NCBI GenBank assembly: GCA_046582655.1
Contig: JAYGDX010000280.1
Span: 98,493 to 162,492, forward strand
Source: Candidatus Poribacteria bacterium
Lineage (GTDB): Bacteria; Poribacteria; WGA-4E; UBA9662
Direction of reading: 5' to 3'
Length of the DNA stretch: 64,000 bases
A program made the translations under genes and the position numbers. Below are positions 50,222-60,693 of the stretch, one piece after another (position 1 is the first letter of the stretch; each line of letters starts with the position of its first letter). The notes under the pieces were generated by a model that was not told the DNA's origin, ran no database searches, and saw only the letters and a program-made list of their open reading frames with translations.

Positions 50222-51052
50222 ATGAAAGTAGATGTTAGATTACTCATTATTATTCTGATGTTGTTTAGTTTGTTGATAAGTTATAAAAGTTTTTCACAGA
50301 ATTGGGACGTTATTTACCGTGCTGATGAAATGCCGGAAAAAGCTGGCTGGAAAATTGATAAAGGATTTGGAGCAGACGGCCAAAAAAGAGCTATTATTAA
50401 AGATCCTGATAACCAGTTTACCAATAAACTATTGCACATCGATGACTCTCATGTCGGTCAAAGAATCATGTGGTTTCGAACCTTCAAGGGAGAAGGGAAC
50501 CCACCAGGAATTACGATTGTTGCTCGCGTCAAGAGCTTATTAGTAAAAGATATGGGCAAGGTACAAGGCAATCAGGAAAGAAATATCGGTTTCAGTGATG
50601 GAATCAACCCAAGCGATGAAGTTATTTTCTGGCCAGACCGTGTCCAACTTGGCATAGGGTTACCAGTTGGCGAGGTCATCAAAACACATAAGTTAAAAGG
50701 AGATGAATGGCATACTTATCGAGTTACGTCTGATGAATCAGGTGTAATACGAGTTTATGTAGATGGTCTTGGTCCTGTCTTGGAAATGGTCGGTGGTATT
50801 GCTACTGATCACTGGCGTGCAGTTCATTTAACTAAAATAGGTGATAAAGAAATTGGGCCATCTGTAACGATAGGTGTTGCCCAGGCCCACGATTCGGTAC
50901 AGGATCTCTATTTCGACTATGTTCTGGTGGACTTCAGTGGTGCACGTCCACCAGGGGGAGGATTCCCGCGTGATTTAATTCGTGAGTACTTGCCTGTTGA
51001 ACCTTCCGAAAAAATTGCCACTCGATGGGCAACAATTAAATTATCAGAATAG
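50222..51052 (+). CDS. Secreted beta-rich (ConA-like) hypothetical protein with C-terminal tail (start ATG 50222)
   Basis: AAGGAG RBS; signal peptide; EWHTYRV...VYVDG; ends PVEPSEKIATRWATIKLSE. Confidence 0.7.
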   Translation: MKVDVRLLIIILMLFSLLISYKSFSQNWDVIYRADEMPEKAGWKIDKGFGADGQKRAIIKDPDNQFTNKLLHIDDSHVGQRIMWFRTFKGEGNPPGITIVARVKSLLVKDMGKVQGNQERNIGFSDGINPSDEVIFWPDRVQLGIGLPVGEVIKTHKLKGDEWHTYRVTSDESGVIRVYVDGLGPVLEMVGGIATDHWRAVHLTKIGDKEIGPSVTIGVAQAHDSVQDLYFDYVLVDFSGARPPGGGFPRDLIREYLPVEPSEKIATRWATIKLSE

Positions 51053-51117
51053 CCTTCTGGTGTTTATACATTATTTGCGGCGTGCTATTTAATCTTATTA
51101 GCACCCAAATAATATTG

Positions 51118-51149
51118 AGCGATGTTGTCAAATAACATCGCTTTTTTTT
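51118..51149 (+). terminator. Intrinsic terminator
   Basis: AGCGATGTT-loop-AACATCGCT followed by a T run. Confidence 0.8.
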
Positions 51150-51441
51150 ATTGGGTTTCAATATCAAAAGAATCTTATAAATGCTAGCAAAGTAAGAAAT
51201 ATGATAATCGATGTTGTGTGGTATTAGAAAGCGACCATACTTACACCATATTGAAAACTCTTGGATTCTGTCTTAAAATAACCAGGATTGGAAAGACTTT
51301 TACACACTTAAATAAATCTCTTAAAAATACTCCTCTCCTTTCTTTGAGAATTCAAAGCCACAATTCTATCAAATATTCAAACGAACTCTTACACTAAGGT
51401 TAACCAAGGTTGCGATTGATTATAAGTTTGAAAATTATAGT

Positions 51442-53358
51442 TTGCTGATGACAACCAAATCTGACAACGTACGTAAAACCCGCATCATCGCGATTTTAAT
51501 CGGAATTCTTCTGATTCCTATCAACAATCTTTGGTTGATGCGTGGAGCAACTTGGGGGTCAAGTTATCCAACTACCTTTTCCCTGTTTTTTAATGTGATT
51601 TTTGTACTGTTTTTTATCACATTGTTTAATTTGTTTCTCCAACACTCCCTTCCAAGTTTTGCACTAAACACTTCTGAACTGTTGTTGATATACACCATGT
51701 TATCTGTGGCTTCTGGGATTTCCGGACTAGATATGATGCAGGTTCTCATCACGTTTGTGGGAGGAGTAAAGTGGATGGCAACAACCGAAAACGAGTGGCA
51801 GAATTTATTTTTTCACTACATTCCCGATTGGTTAGTTGTCAGTGATGTTGTTGTTCTAAGTGGTTTTCACGAAGGTGATTCAAGTATTTATCTAAAATCC
51901 CATATAGTTCGTTGGTTAACACCAGTCTTAGTTTGGTCTGGATTCATTAGCCTTCTTGCTTTCGTTATGTTATGTCTGACAGTAATTGTTCGTAAACAGT
52001 GGATCGAAAACGAAAAATTAAGTTATCCGATTATTCAACTGCCTTTACATCTGACACTTAAACCAGAGTTGTTTCTTAGGAATAAGGTTATGTGGATTGG
52101 ATTTATACTGGCTGGAGGCGTGGATTTTATTAACGGTCTTCATTTTCTGTATCCAGCTGTCCCAGGGTTCGGTGGTCAACTTTATGATTTACAACCTTTT
52201 TTTACCACACCACCTTGGAACGCTATTGGATGGACTCCCATTCCAATTTTTCCTTACGCAGTAGGACTTGCGTTCTTTATGCCCTTGGATCTCTCATTCT
52301 CCTGCTGGTTCTTTTATCTTTTTTGGAAAGCTGAACGGGTGTTTGGAAGTGTGCTTGGGTTGCGAAACTTTCCGAATTTTCCTTATATTGAAGCCCAGAC
52401 CTCAGGAGCCTATATAGGTCTATGCGTTTTGGCGATTTGGGGTACGAGACATCATATCAGGCAGATGTTTTCCACCGTCTTCTTTAGAAAAAAGATACAC
52501 AACACGGATTCCGCACAAGAACCAATTAGCTATGCGAATGCGCTGTTTGGTGCTTTAATCGGGTTTACGCTCCTGATTGCTTTTTCCGTTAGGGCTGGAA
52601 TGACTTTTTGGGCGTCTATGATCTTTTTTATTATTTATTTCGTCTTGTCTATCGGAATCACTCGGATGCGTGCTGAGCTTGGTTCTCCTGTACATGACCT
52701 TCATCGCGCTGGCGCGCATTACATGATGGTTGACACACTAGGATCTCGTGCCTTCACTGCCGGGGATTTGACGATCTTTTCGTTTTACCAGTTTTTTAAC
52801 CGGGCTTATCGTGGTCATGTTATGCCTCATCAACTTGAAGGATTTAAGCTGGCGGAACGTAGTCGTATGCACTTGAAAATTTTTTTCTGGGCAATTGTAA
52901 TTGCCGCTGTTGTCAGCAGCGTGACCTCCTTCTGGGCTGCTTTGGACTCGTTCTATCGTTTTGGTGTTTCAAATGTGGGTAAAGTGCCAGAATCTTTTGG
53001 TCAACTGCAGAGATGGCTAAGTTTGCCTTCGTCAGTCGATTATGGTGCAGGTTTGGCCATGGGGACTGGTTTCTCTTTTACGTTCCTATTGGCAGTTTTA
53101 CGCATGAACTTGTTTTGGTGGCCACTACATCCAGCCGGTTATGCTGTAGCGAGCAACTGGTCAATGAATCTATTCTGGTTCTCCATTCTCATTAGTTGGG
53201 TAATCAAATACACCATATTGCGATCCGGTGGACTAAAGTTACATAGACAGGGTATTCCATTTTTCACAGGAATCATTTTGGGAGAGTTTATCATTGGTGG
53301 ATTCTGGATGATGCGTGGTGCGTTTCTTGGCGTCCCAACTTACAAGTTTCTATTTTAA
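51442..53358 (+). CDS. Polytopic membrane protein, DUF6785/DUF6784 type
   Basis: Full-length paralog of 6559; RKQWIENEKLSYPIIQLP, WWPLHPAGY. Confidence 0.75.
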   Translation: MLMTTKSDNVRKTRIIAILIGILLIPINNLWLMRGATWGSSYPTTFSLFFNVIFVLFFITLFNLFLQHSLPSFALNTSELLLIYTMLSVASGISGLDMMQVLITFVGGVKWMATTENEWQNLFFHYIPDWLVVSDVVVLSGFHEGDSSIYLKSHIVRWLTPVLVWSGFISLLAFVMLCLTVIVRKQWIENEKLSYPIIQLPLHLTLKPELFLRNKVMWIGFILAGGVDFINGLHFLYPAVPGFGGQLYDLQPFFTTPPWNAIGWTPIPIFPYAVGLAFFMPLDLSFSCWFFYLFWKAERVFGSVLGLRNFPNFPYIEAQTSGAYIGLCVLAIWGTRHHIRQMFSTVFFRKKIHNTDSAQEPISYANALFGALIGFTLLIAFSVRAGMTFWASMIFFIIYFVLSIGITRMRAELGSPVHDLHRAGAHYMMVDTLGSRAFTAGDLTIFSFYQFFNRAYRGHVMPHQLEGFKLAERSRMHLKIFFWAIVIAAVVSSVTSFWAALDSFYRFGVSNVGKVPESFGQLQRWLSLPSSVDYGAGLAMGTGFSFTFLLAVLRMNLFWWPLHPAGYAVASNWSMNLFWFSILISWVIKYTILRSGGLKLHRQGIPFFTGIILGEFIIGGFWMMRGAFLGVPTYKFLF

Positions 53359-53447
53359 TTATAAATGTAGTTTTCTGAACTGGCTGTTTGTACATGGCCA
53401 CAGAAACAATGCTTAGTGCATTTTTATGTAGCCAAATCAAGTCTTAC

Positions 53448-54827
53448 TTAAAACAACCCGATAATCCAGCTAGCAAGTTCTCTGGCAAGATTGAAAGAAG
53501 TTCCAGTAATACAACCTACGCATCCCCCTATTGTACAACCAAGAGCAAATGTCCTAATTTTTTTTGGCGCGATAGTTAGTGGTTTCCCTGGTGATTTCTT
53601 TCTCTCCGGCATTCCATTGGCAATTTCTTGGGTAATATCTGATCGACGTTGACAGATGAATTTGCGCGTTTTGTCTAAGGAACTAGCAAACACGTCTTCT
53701 GACTTTTGTTTTTTGTCATTACCGTAGATTTGGGATTGAACTAGGTGTGGTTTGACCATGACCTCGATTCGGTTGATTTCAGCTAACAATTCGTCCTCAT
53801 GCCAATGTTTTTCTATAATATCCATGATGGTCTTGGCATAACGTTCCCGACTTGATTCAAGTTGATAAAGCCTATGTGCAATTAAGCCTTGAGTCTTGAC
53901 AGAGATCAGCTCATTAGGTTTGCTACCATTAAATCCCGTATCTGCTCCCCAAGGTAAAAAGTGGAATTTGTTGGTATCCGGATTAAGATAAATAAAGAAG
54001 TTGTTTTTGTTACCAGAATATCCATCCCATAAACCAAGCAAACCTTCCATTGCCCAAAAGGTGTAGAAGGAATCCAGATCGACCAATTCTCCAATGGCTT
54101 GCTCGGTATTTTCGTCCTCACTTTCGAGTACCTTGATAAGTTGCTTGATCTTTTTCCTCCCCCGATTGTCCTTGCCTGACTTATATTCGAAGCTGCCTTC
54201 CCAACCTGGATAAAAATCTACATATGGCCCCCCGTACAAGGTGCCATTATCGTTTCCAAACACGCGTTTGAGGAATGGTTTGCGAACTGTTTCTACATGC
54301 GAATAGATACCAAGGCTTGTCCCATTGACTGTCACCTCGGCATAGGCACACCGAGGTGCGGGTGAGTCAGCAGCATTGAATAGGGCATAACCCATGAATT
54401 GGCTAACCAAGCTTTTATCCTGTTTGTTGTTATTAAAGGTCAGGTTAGTCAGGCCATCAATTTGGCATTTTTTGTCGGTATGATTCAGTTTAATCTTGAG
54501 TGAGGGGCGGCTAGTACTTTGCGAGCCAATGAAACCTTTTTTGCGAAGTCCAACCTGAGGGAATTTGACCCCATCGATGGTAACGTTGGCATCGACATAT
54601 GTGTAGGGCGCTTCGATCGGCTTAAATTTTCGACTTTCGTGCAGTGTCGGTATAAAATCCCGTGACTGATATCGAATGGTATCCCAGTCTTTTTCAGCAA
54701 CAGTGATTTGTACCTCTAGCACTCGGTCATTAGGAAAAACATCATCCGAGGTTAGTTCCTTAGCTGCCAGAATGTTGAGGGCGACTATATAACACAGGCT
54801 TATTGCTAATCCTTTACGTAGATGCAT
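53448..54827 (-). CDS. CotH kinase family protein
   Basis: VGLRKKG, RPSLKIK, APRC, GIYSHVE, WDGY...NNFFIY, FLPWGAD. Confidence 0.85.
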   Translation of the reverse strand: MHLRKGLAISLCYIVALNILAAKELTSDDVFPNDRVLEVQITVAEKDWDTIRYQSRDFIPTLHESRKFKPIEAPYTYVDANVTIDGVKFPQVGLRKKGFIGSQSTSRPSLKIKLNHTDKKCQIDGLTNLTFNNNKQDKSLVSQFMGYALFNAADSPAPRCAYAEVTVNGTSLGIYSHVETVRKPFLKRVFGNDNGTLYGGPYVDFYPGWEGSFEYKSGKDNRGRKKIKQLIKVLESEDENTEQAIGELVDLDSFYTFWAMEGLLGLWDGYSGNKNNFFIYLNPDTNKFHFLPWGADTGFNGSKPNELISVKTQGLIAHRLYQLESSRERYAKTIMDIIEKHWHEDELLAEINRIEVMVKPHLVQSQIYGNDKKQKSEDVFASSLDKTRKFICQRRSDITQEIANGMPERKKSPGKPLTIAPKKIRTFALGCTIGGCVGCITGTSFNLARELASWIIGLF

Positions 54828-55045
54828 TCACGCGTCTCCATACTCAGTAAACGCGCCTTTAAACAAATCCCTGGCGCACTTGCCTCCTAGTTACATAATC
54901 ATCTTATTAACTTATTTATCTATCGTACAATACCAAGTAGGTTTTAAGGATGCTACTCTGCACCCTGGTAAACTTCTTCTCGAACCAGCGAAGTATCTGC
55001 TTGATTTACTTTGACATGCTCTGCACAAATCCTCTCCAAAATTAT

Positions 55046-55936
55046 CTAGATCCAATTATATGTTCCGAAGTCAGGTAGCTCCGTCAAAGACATCGTGAGT
55101 ATAGATTGCAACCATTGTCTCAATACTGTTCTGGTTGGGCAGGGACGTAGCACCCAAGCATCATTATGATTACGAAATCCTGTCTCCATGAACTTAAAAT
55201 GTGCTTGAATTCCTGTGGAATCTAAATAGTGCTTGGTATCAGCTAATCCAATTCGTTGGCTATCTGTTGTCTCATGGCAGATGAACTGAGGCTGATTCTT
55301 CAATCGATTCAGACGAGTTAATGCCGAAGGCCGATCATTTGCGGGGTAACTCCATGTTTCTATCACTCCATCGTAATGGCTATATGGGATAAAAGCCGCC
55401 CACAGTGTGGAAATCTCGTCATCGTACAGTCCCAGATAATTGCAAGCGATAGCTCCACGTGAAAATCCAGTGAGAACCACCGCATTAGGGTTCCCACTAT
55501 AATTCTGGCAAACCCACGGTACTGCATTTTTACAATAATCCAAGGTTGGTTCAACATGGTAGTCAGGTTTATTTCCCCACCATTGAGTTACATTAGCCGT
55601 ACCGAGATTATTTAAATAGGGTAAACAAAGCCAGATAAAGTTACGCCCAGCAGAAATACCGAAACCGAGTTTACTATCTTCAGTATGACCACTACTAATA
55701 TCGCCATACTTATTCTGGTAAGGTCCGTTACCAGCAAACTCAACCAGAAGCGGATATTTTCTATCAGAACTCCAATTAGAAGGTAAGTAAAGCGTATGAT
55801 AAACATGAGTGTCCCGATATTCTGGAATGGTTTGTCGAACTCGTTTGCCAAGTGCAGGCTGTCCAGAAATCATTGGCGGAACGATCAAATCCGATTCGAC
55901 TGAACGAATATCAGGCGCTTCGTTGGTAATATCCAT
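55046..55936 (-). CDS. Putative alpha/beta-hydrolase-fold protein
   Basis: LYLP..W...YP, GFSRG nucleophile elbow, late His (NHND). Confidence 0.6.
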   Translation of the reverse strand: MDITNEAPDIRSVESDLIVPPMISGQPALGKRVRQTIPEYRDTHVYHTLYLPSNWSSDRKYPLLVEFAGNGPYQNKYGDISSGHTEDSKLGFGISAGRNFIWLCLPYLNNLGTANVTQWWGNKPDYHVEPTLDYCKNAVPWVCQNYSGNPNAVVLTGFSRGAIACNYLGLYDDEISTLWAAFIPYSHYDGVIETWSYPANDRPSALTRLNRLKNQPQFICHETTDSQRIGLADTKHYLDSTGIQAHFKFMETGFRNHNDAWVLRPCPTRTVLRQWLQSILTMSLTELPDFGTYNWI

Positions 55937-56092
55937 AAAGTGCTAATGTTGTTAGCGGCTAACTTCTACTGGAACAGGCGGCAATATTATATTAGGAAAT
56001 TTGTTATCTCAATTGGTAGAGAGGGAATGTCCCCGCGCAAACATTTTTCAGGAGGATATACCTATCAATTTGATTCTGACAGAACTTTACGT

Positions 56093-56929
56093 CTATGAAT
56101 CGGAGATGACTAGTGATTTTAAGGGGACATCTTTATCTTGAGGAAGATAATAGCTCAATGCGTTGTCAACAACGCCCAGTAATTGCTTCTGAACCGGATT
56201 GCATTGATCGATGATTTCCTTCGGCATTACTATATAATCCATCGGTTTGACCCAGCGATAAGCATAACCGACAAAGATGGTTTTTCTTGGTTTTCCAGAC
56301 CAATTATGACCAATACCATGCCAAGTTCGCTGCTCAAAAACGAAGGCATCTCCAGCTTTGACATTCATAGATATCATCCCTCTTGCACCTCCTGTTTCCG
56401 GATCAGTTGGAGGAGTGCCGTTCATTCTGTTACTACCCGGTACGAGAACAGTCGCACCGGATGAGGTGTCGGTTTGATCGCTGATAGCATAGGCTATCTT
56501 GAGCATAATCCGGGGATGTGGTTCCTGCATTTCACGAGCTGATGTCCCGCCATCACGGTGAATCCCAATTTTATTTTTTACTTCATTCGATGGTTCTTCT
56601 TCCAACGAAGGTAAGACAATAAGATGGGAAGTGATCATCTGTACATTCCAGTTGAGAATCTGCCAGGCAAAAGGAGCAGATCGAGGACAATCAAGCAATT
56701 GCAAGAACGCTTGATGGTGAACCAAGCAATTTCGCAGGTTCAGTTTGCCATTGCCTTCCAGATGATTGGCCTGTTTGTCACGTTCGTAAATTTCGTCAAC
56801 TGCGGCATTTAATTCTGCTACTACGTCTGCTGGAACTGCATCTTTGATGACCAGATATCCATTGCTTTCAAAGAAGTTGCGCTGATCAGGGGTCATGGTG
56901 ACATAACTGTTTTGATTGGAGCTTTCCAT
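56093..56929 (-). CDS. PhyH-family dioxygenase
   Basis: FESNGYLVIKD, IHRD, VPGS, AGDA...WHG...R. Confidence 0.88.
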   Translation of the reverse strand: MESSNQNSYVTMTPDQRNFFESNGYLVIKDAVPADVVAELNAAVDEIYERDKQANHLEGNGKLNLRNCLVHHQAFLQLLDCPRSAPFAWQILNWNVQMITSHLIVLPSLEEEPSNEVKNKIGIHRDGGTSAREMQEPHPRIMLKIAYAISDQTDTSSGATVLVPGSNRMNGTPPTDPETGGARGMISMNVKAGDAFVFEQRTWHGIGHNWSGKPRKTIFVGYAYRWVKPMDYIVMPKEIIDQCNPVQKQLLGVVDNALSYYLPQDKDVPLKSLVISDS

Positions 56930-56989
56930 GGCTGTTACCTGTTAGATTATATGCTCTTATAGTTTTTTTACAGAATGTTGAATTGATAT

Positions 56990-57471
56990 TCAACTTGATT
57001 TTTCATCCAACGGAAGCGGAGTTCTCCTAATTTCCTCATTTAATTGATAATGCTGATGTACGCTGGTATGGGAGCCAGGAACAATCCGCAGGCATCCATT
57101 CTGGGCGATCGATGTTCCAAGGCTGAACCATGTTGAGACATTGATTTTAGGATTCATATGACAATAATTTCGATCTTGGTGCCAAGGTATGTAACGCTGG
57201 ATTATACTAGAAATGCATCGCCCAAAATATGAGATTCTGTCCCGGAATTTCAGTCATACAATCAATAACTTGGGGATGTGTGGCCAGATCATAAGCTCAA
57301 CGGTACTTGAGGTGCCAACCAGATTAGGTTAACATCGGTTGTTGGAACGGGATGGGTCTTGTCCAATGGTTTAAAAAACTCCAGATAATATTGCGGTGCT
57401 TCTACTGGAGACAAAATTTGAACTGGTCCAGTGTATCCTAGTTGGCGATATTGTTGTACAGAAAAGTTCAT
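56990..57471 (-). pseudogene. Degraded PhyH-family gene
   Basis: QQYRQLGY N-terminus, then in another frame WHQDRNY...STW...NGCLRIVPGSH; truncated. The left boundary is approximate. Confidence 0.75.
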
Positions 57472-57565
57472 TTGAGAACCAGAATTTTCAACATTGATCA
57501 GATAGCGATTGAATTTTCTTGGACAAACTTAGTTCATTTTATCAGCATGGGCAATATTCTTACAT

Positions 57566-58308
57566 TTATTTGAGTGACTTAATCATCCCCCAAATTGTAG
57601 TGAGTTTGCCGGACGCTTCAAGCATAGCAGGTTCTTCCTTTACCTGTTGAATTTGGTCTCCATTTAAGGCATGCTTGTAGATTCGAACTTCGTCGATAAT
57701 GCCTGGAAAGTGGTCAGTTGGTCTGCCATAGTCGTCACCACCAATCCATAAATCAAGATCCGACGGAGCTATACCCCCTCCATATTTTTTTCACCCTCCA
57801 GTTTACCATTGACATAGATACGAAGAGATTTCCCATCATAGGTTCCTGCAAAATGATACCATTGATCAACTTTCCAGTCTGAGGTTTTTGATTCGACAAA
57901 ATCATTATTCGGCTTGACCAAGAGGTCGATCGTATTCGGATCACCAAAATCGAACATAACGAAAATCGAATTATTTTTTGACATCATTCTGCGTTGAGTT
58001 ATAACTGCCTTTGGCATGAACCAAGCCATAATTGTCAGATTCTTGGTAAGATCCAGAGTAGGATGATCTTTAACTACAATATGATCATCCTTACCATCGA
58101 ATTCAAGCGCCTTGCCAAACTTACCATCTACCCATTTGGGTTCGCCCTCAATCTTACCATGGTTATTATTGCCTGAAGCGTCCTTTGGAGATCCCTTTCC
58201 TTCGTCAAATGGCCAATACCCAACCAATTGATTCTCAAGAGCAAAGGCAAAGGACAGTGACATTGATACTACTGCAGAAGTAACCATAAAAGCCTTTAAA
58301 AACTTCAT
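57566..58308 (-). pseudogene. Secreted LamG-like protein with C-terminal tail; single frameshift at an A7 run (~57785-57791)
   Basis: Adding one A restores EKKYGGGIAPSDLDLWIGG...GIIDEVRIY...LEASGKLTTIWGMIKSLK* (TAA at 57566-57568). Confidence 0.8.
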
Positions 58309-58345
58309 CGATATTTCCTTGTTATTTTGTTGTAGAGTGGTTTAT

Positions 58346-58375
58346 TTGACGCGGCGTAAGCTGTGTAATTATAAT
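58346..58375 (+). promoter_or_regulatory. Putative sigma70 promoter
   Basis: TTGACG-18 nt-TATAAT upstream of the NRDE gene. Confidence 0.5.
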
Positions 58376-58531
58376 ATCAATTCATTATACAAGGGAAGAA
58401 ATATCTTGATCTCACTGTTAAGTTCCTTTAGGATAGTGGCATCAGGACGAAGTTTATGTATATGAGTCGATGTCATTAGATCAACAAAAGATGTTAATTG
58501 ATATTCAGACATTAATTCTTTCAAGGCATGT

Positions 58532-59299
58532 ATGTGTCTTATCCTGTTAGCCTACCAGAAGGATCCGCGGTATCCACTTGTCCTATGTGCCAATAGGGAT
58601 GAATTGTATGATCGACCAACAGCTGGCGCGAGTTTCTGGTCAGAAAATCCAGGAGTATTAGCTGGCAAAGATTTGAATCACCATGGAACCTGGTTGGGAA
58701 TTACCAAGACTGGAAGGTGGTCGGCACTCTCTAACTATAGAGAACCGGGTAAGACCAAAACCGGGTCAATCTCCCGAGGTGTTTTAGCCCAAAATTTCTT
58801 GATTGGCGCTGAATTGCCAGAAGAATACGCAGAAATGGTACAATGCCGGGCTGATCAGTTCAATGGATTCAATTTGCTTGTTGGGGACCCAACCCAAGTG
58901 GTTTACATCTCCAACCGTGTGGAAGGCTATCAGATTTTAACACCAGGTTTATATGGCATCAGTAACCATTTGTTGAATACTCCTTGGCATAAGGTTACTT
59001 GGGGCAAACAGGTTCTCGATTCTGTGTTAAAGGCCAATCCAGTAAAGGTTTCGGCGCTTCTCTCAATTCTGAATGATCAAACACCGGCTGAAATTAATAA
59101 CTTGCCGGATACTGGTTTAACACCGGAATTAGAGCAGTTATTATCGCCTATATTTATTAAGGCTGATAACTATGGCACTCGTTCTTCAACAGTGATTCAG
59201 ATTGATGCCAACGAAGAAGTGACTTTTGTTGAGCGTGCTTTTTGTCATAAAGATGGTTCTTATCAGGATCGCCAATATCATTTTAGAATTTCAAAATAG
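58532..59299 (+). CDS. NRDE/TANGO2 family protein
   Basis: MCLI start, ANRDE, GTWLG, SRG, FNL, YGTRSST. Confidence 0.92.
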   Translation: MCLILLAYQKDPRYPLVLCANRDELYDRPTAGASFWSENPGVLAGKDLNHHGTWLGITKTGRWSALSNYREPGKTKTGSISRGVLAQNFLIGAELPEEYAEMVQCRADQFNGFNLLVGDPTQVVYISNRVEGYQILTPGLYGISNHLLNTPWHKVTWGKQVLDSVLKANPVKVSALLSILNDQTPAEINNLPDTGLTPELEQLLSPIFIKADNYGTRSSTVIQIDANEEVTFVERAFCHKDGSYQDRQYHFRISK

Positions 59300-59336
59300 C
59301 ATATCATCCTCACTAAAAAATTAAAAGGAGATTAAA

Positions 59337-59708
59337 TTGCCATTTGTATCAAGTACTAAATTACCCAAAATTGAATTGTTCCCTGGCGCCATGAGCAGTA
59401 TCATCGCTGGTGAACAGATTATGTTTTCTTTTTTGGAAATGGAAGAAGGCAGTCAAGTACCCGCACACAGTCATCCGCACGAACAAGCTGGACTGGTACT
59501 GGAAGGGAAACTGCAATTCAAAATTGGAACAGAAGAAAAAGTCATGGGTCCGGGAGATGCCTTCATCGTACCCGCCAACATGGTACATTCAGGAACTGCA
59601 TTAGAGGGCCCAGTCAAAGTATTAGACGCTTTCAGTCCCTTGAGAGAAGATTATTTAGAAAGTTACAATAAATATACCCAGATTTCTGGAAACACAATTT
59701 GGGATTAA
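59337..59708 (+). CDS. Cupin-domain protein
   Basis: HSHPHEQ, GDAFIVP...H, FSPLREDY; AGGAG RBS before TTG. Confidence 0.88.
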   Translation: MPFVSSTKLPKIELFPGAMSSIIAGEQIMFSFLEMEEGSQVPAHSHPHEQAGLVLEGKLQFKIGTEEKVMGPGDAFIVPANMVHSGTALEGPVKVLDAFSPLREDYLESYNKYTQISGNTIWD

Positions 59709-59812
59709 TTATTCTAACCGTGAAACACTGAAACTGTCAGCTATTGAGTATGCTACTGTGAATCTGTAGAATACTATTTACGCTCAACAGGATATAAATA
59801 GCGATCTGGTAG

Positions 59813-60577
59813 ATGAGAACCATGGGAATTCAAGCATATAGATTGACCAACGAGCAATTGAACTATTATGGTGAAAATGGGTTTCTGGTAATTGACCCTG
59901 TGTTTGATGAGAAAGAGTTAATTGAACTTCGGCTGGCAGCGGATGAATTACTGGTCAAGTCAGGTCCTATTGTAAATAGTAATCCGCGTCTTGAAATTGA
60001 GCCTGAAACTTACCTGGACGAACTGGTAGTCAGAAAGATTGAACCCATCATAGATGTTGTCCCAGCATTAAAGACATTGGCCAATGACGCACGACTGATG
60101 GTACCTGCCGCTCAGATATTCGGAGAACCTGCTATCCTATTTGAGGACAAATTAAATTATAAACCTCCGTATGTTGGTTCTGCCTACCCTTTGCACCAGG
60201 ATTATTCGTATTGGCAAGAGTATACGGATCAGCTAATTACCGTTGTCCTGTATCTTGATGAAGCCACAGTTAAAAATGGGTGCCTGCGTTTCGTTCCGGG
60301 TAGTCATAAGCAAAGATTGATGGAACGTCAAAGTGGATCGGCACACTCTATCGAGATGGAAGATCCAGGTATTGCAGTCAACGCTCCCGGTAAAGCTGGT
60401 AGCTTGGTGCTTTTTAGTTGCTACACAGCTCATCATTCTTACCCCAATACTTCTAAAAAAGGGCGTCGAACTTTACTTTTAACCTATAATTCTACTTCAG
60501 ACGGAGATACCTATCCAGTCTACAAGGGCAAGCATGCCCAGCGATGTCAAGAATGGCTCAAATCGAATAGTAACTGA
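59813..60577 (+). CDS. PhyH-family dioxygenase
   Basis: KLNYKPP, LHQD, NGCLRFVPGSH, AGS...HHS..N...RR. Confidence 0.9.
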   Translation: MRTMGIQAYRLTNEQLNYYGENGFLVIDPVFDEKELIELRLAADELLVKSGPIVNSNPRLEIEPETYLDELVVRKIEPIIDVVPALKTLANDARLMVPAAQIFGEPAILFEDKLNYKPPYVGSAYPLHQDYSYWQEYTDQLITVVLYLDEATVKNGCLRFVPGSHKQRLMERQSGSAHSIEMEDPGIAVNAPGKAGSLVLFSCYTAHHSYPNTSKKGRRTLLLTYNSTSDGDTYPVYKGKHAQRCQEWLKSNSN

Positions 60578-60615
60578 TATCCTGTTTTTCTAATAGATAC
60601 GATTAGAATTTGGTT

Positions 60616-60644
60616 TTGACAGTACATATGGGCTGTGATATAAT
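60616..60644 (+). promoter_or_regulatory. Consensus sigma70 promoter of moeB(-alr)
   Basis: TTGACA-17 nt-TATAAT with extended TG. Confidence 0.8.
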
Positions 60645-60693
60645 CCAAAAGAAGTTCAGAACGCATGTGAAAATTCCATTGGGGTAAGACATC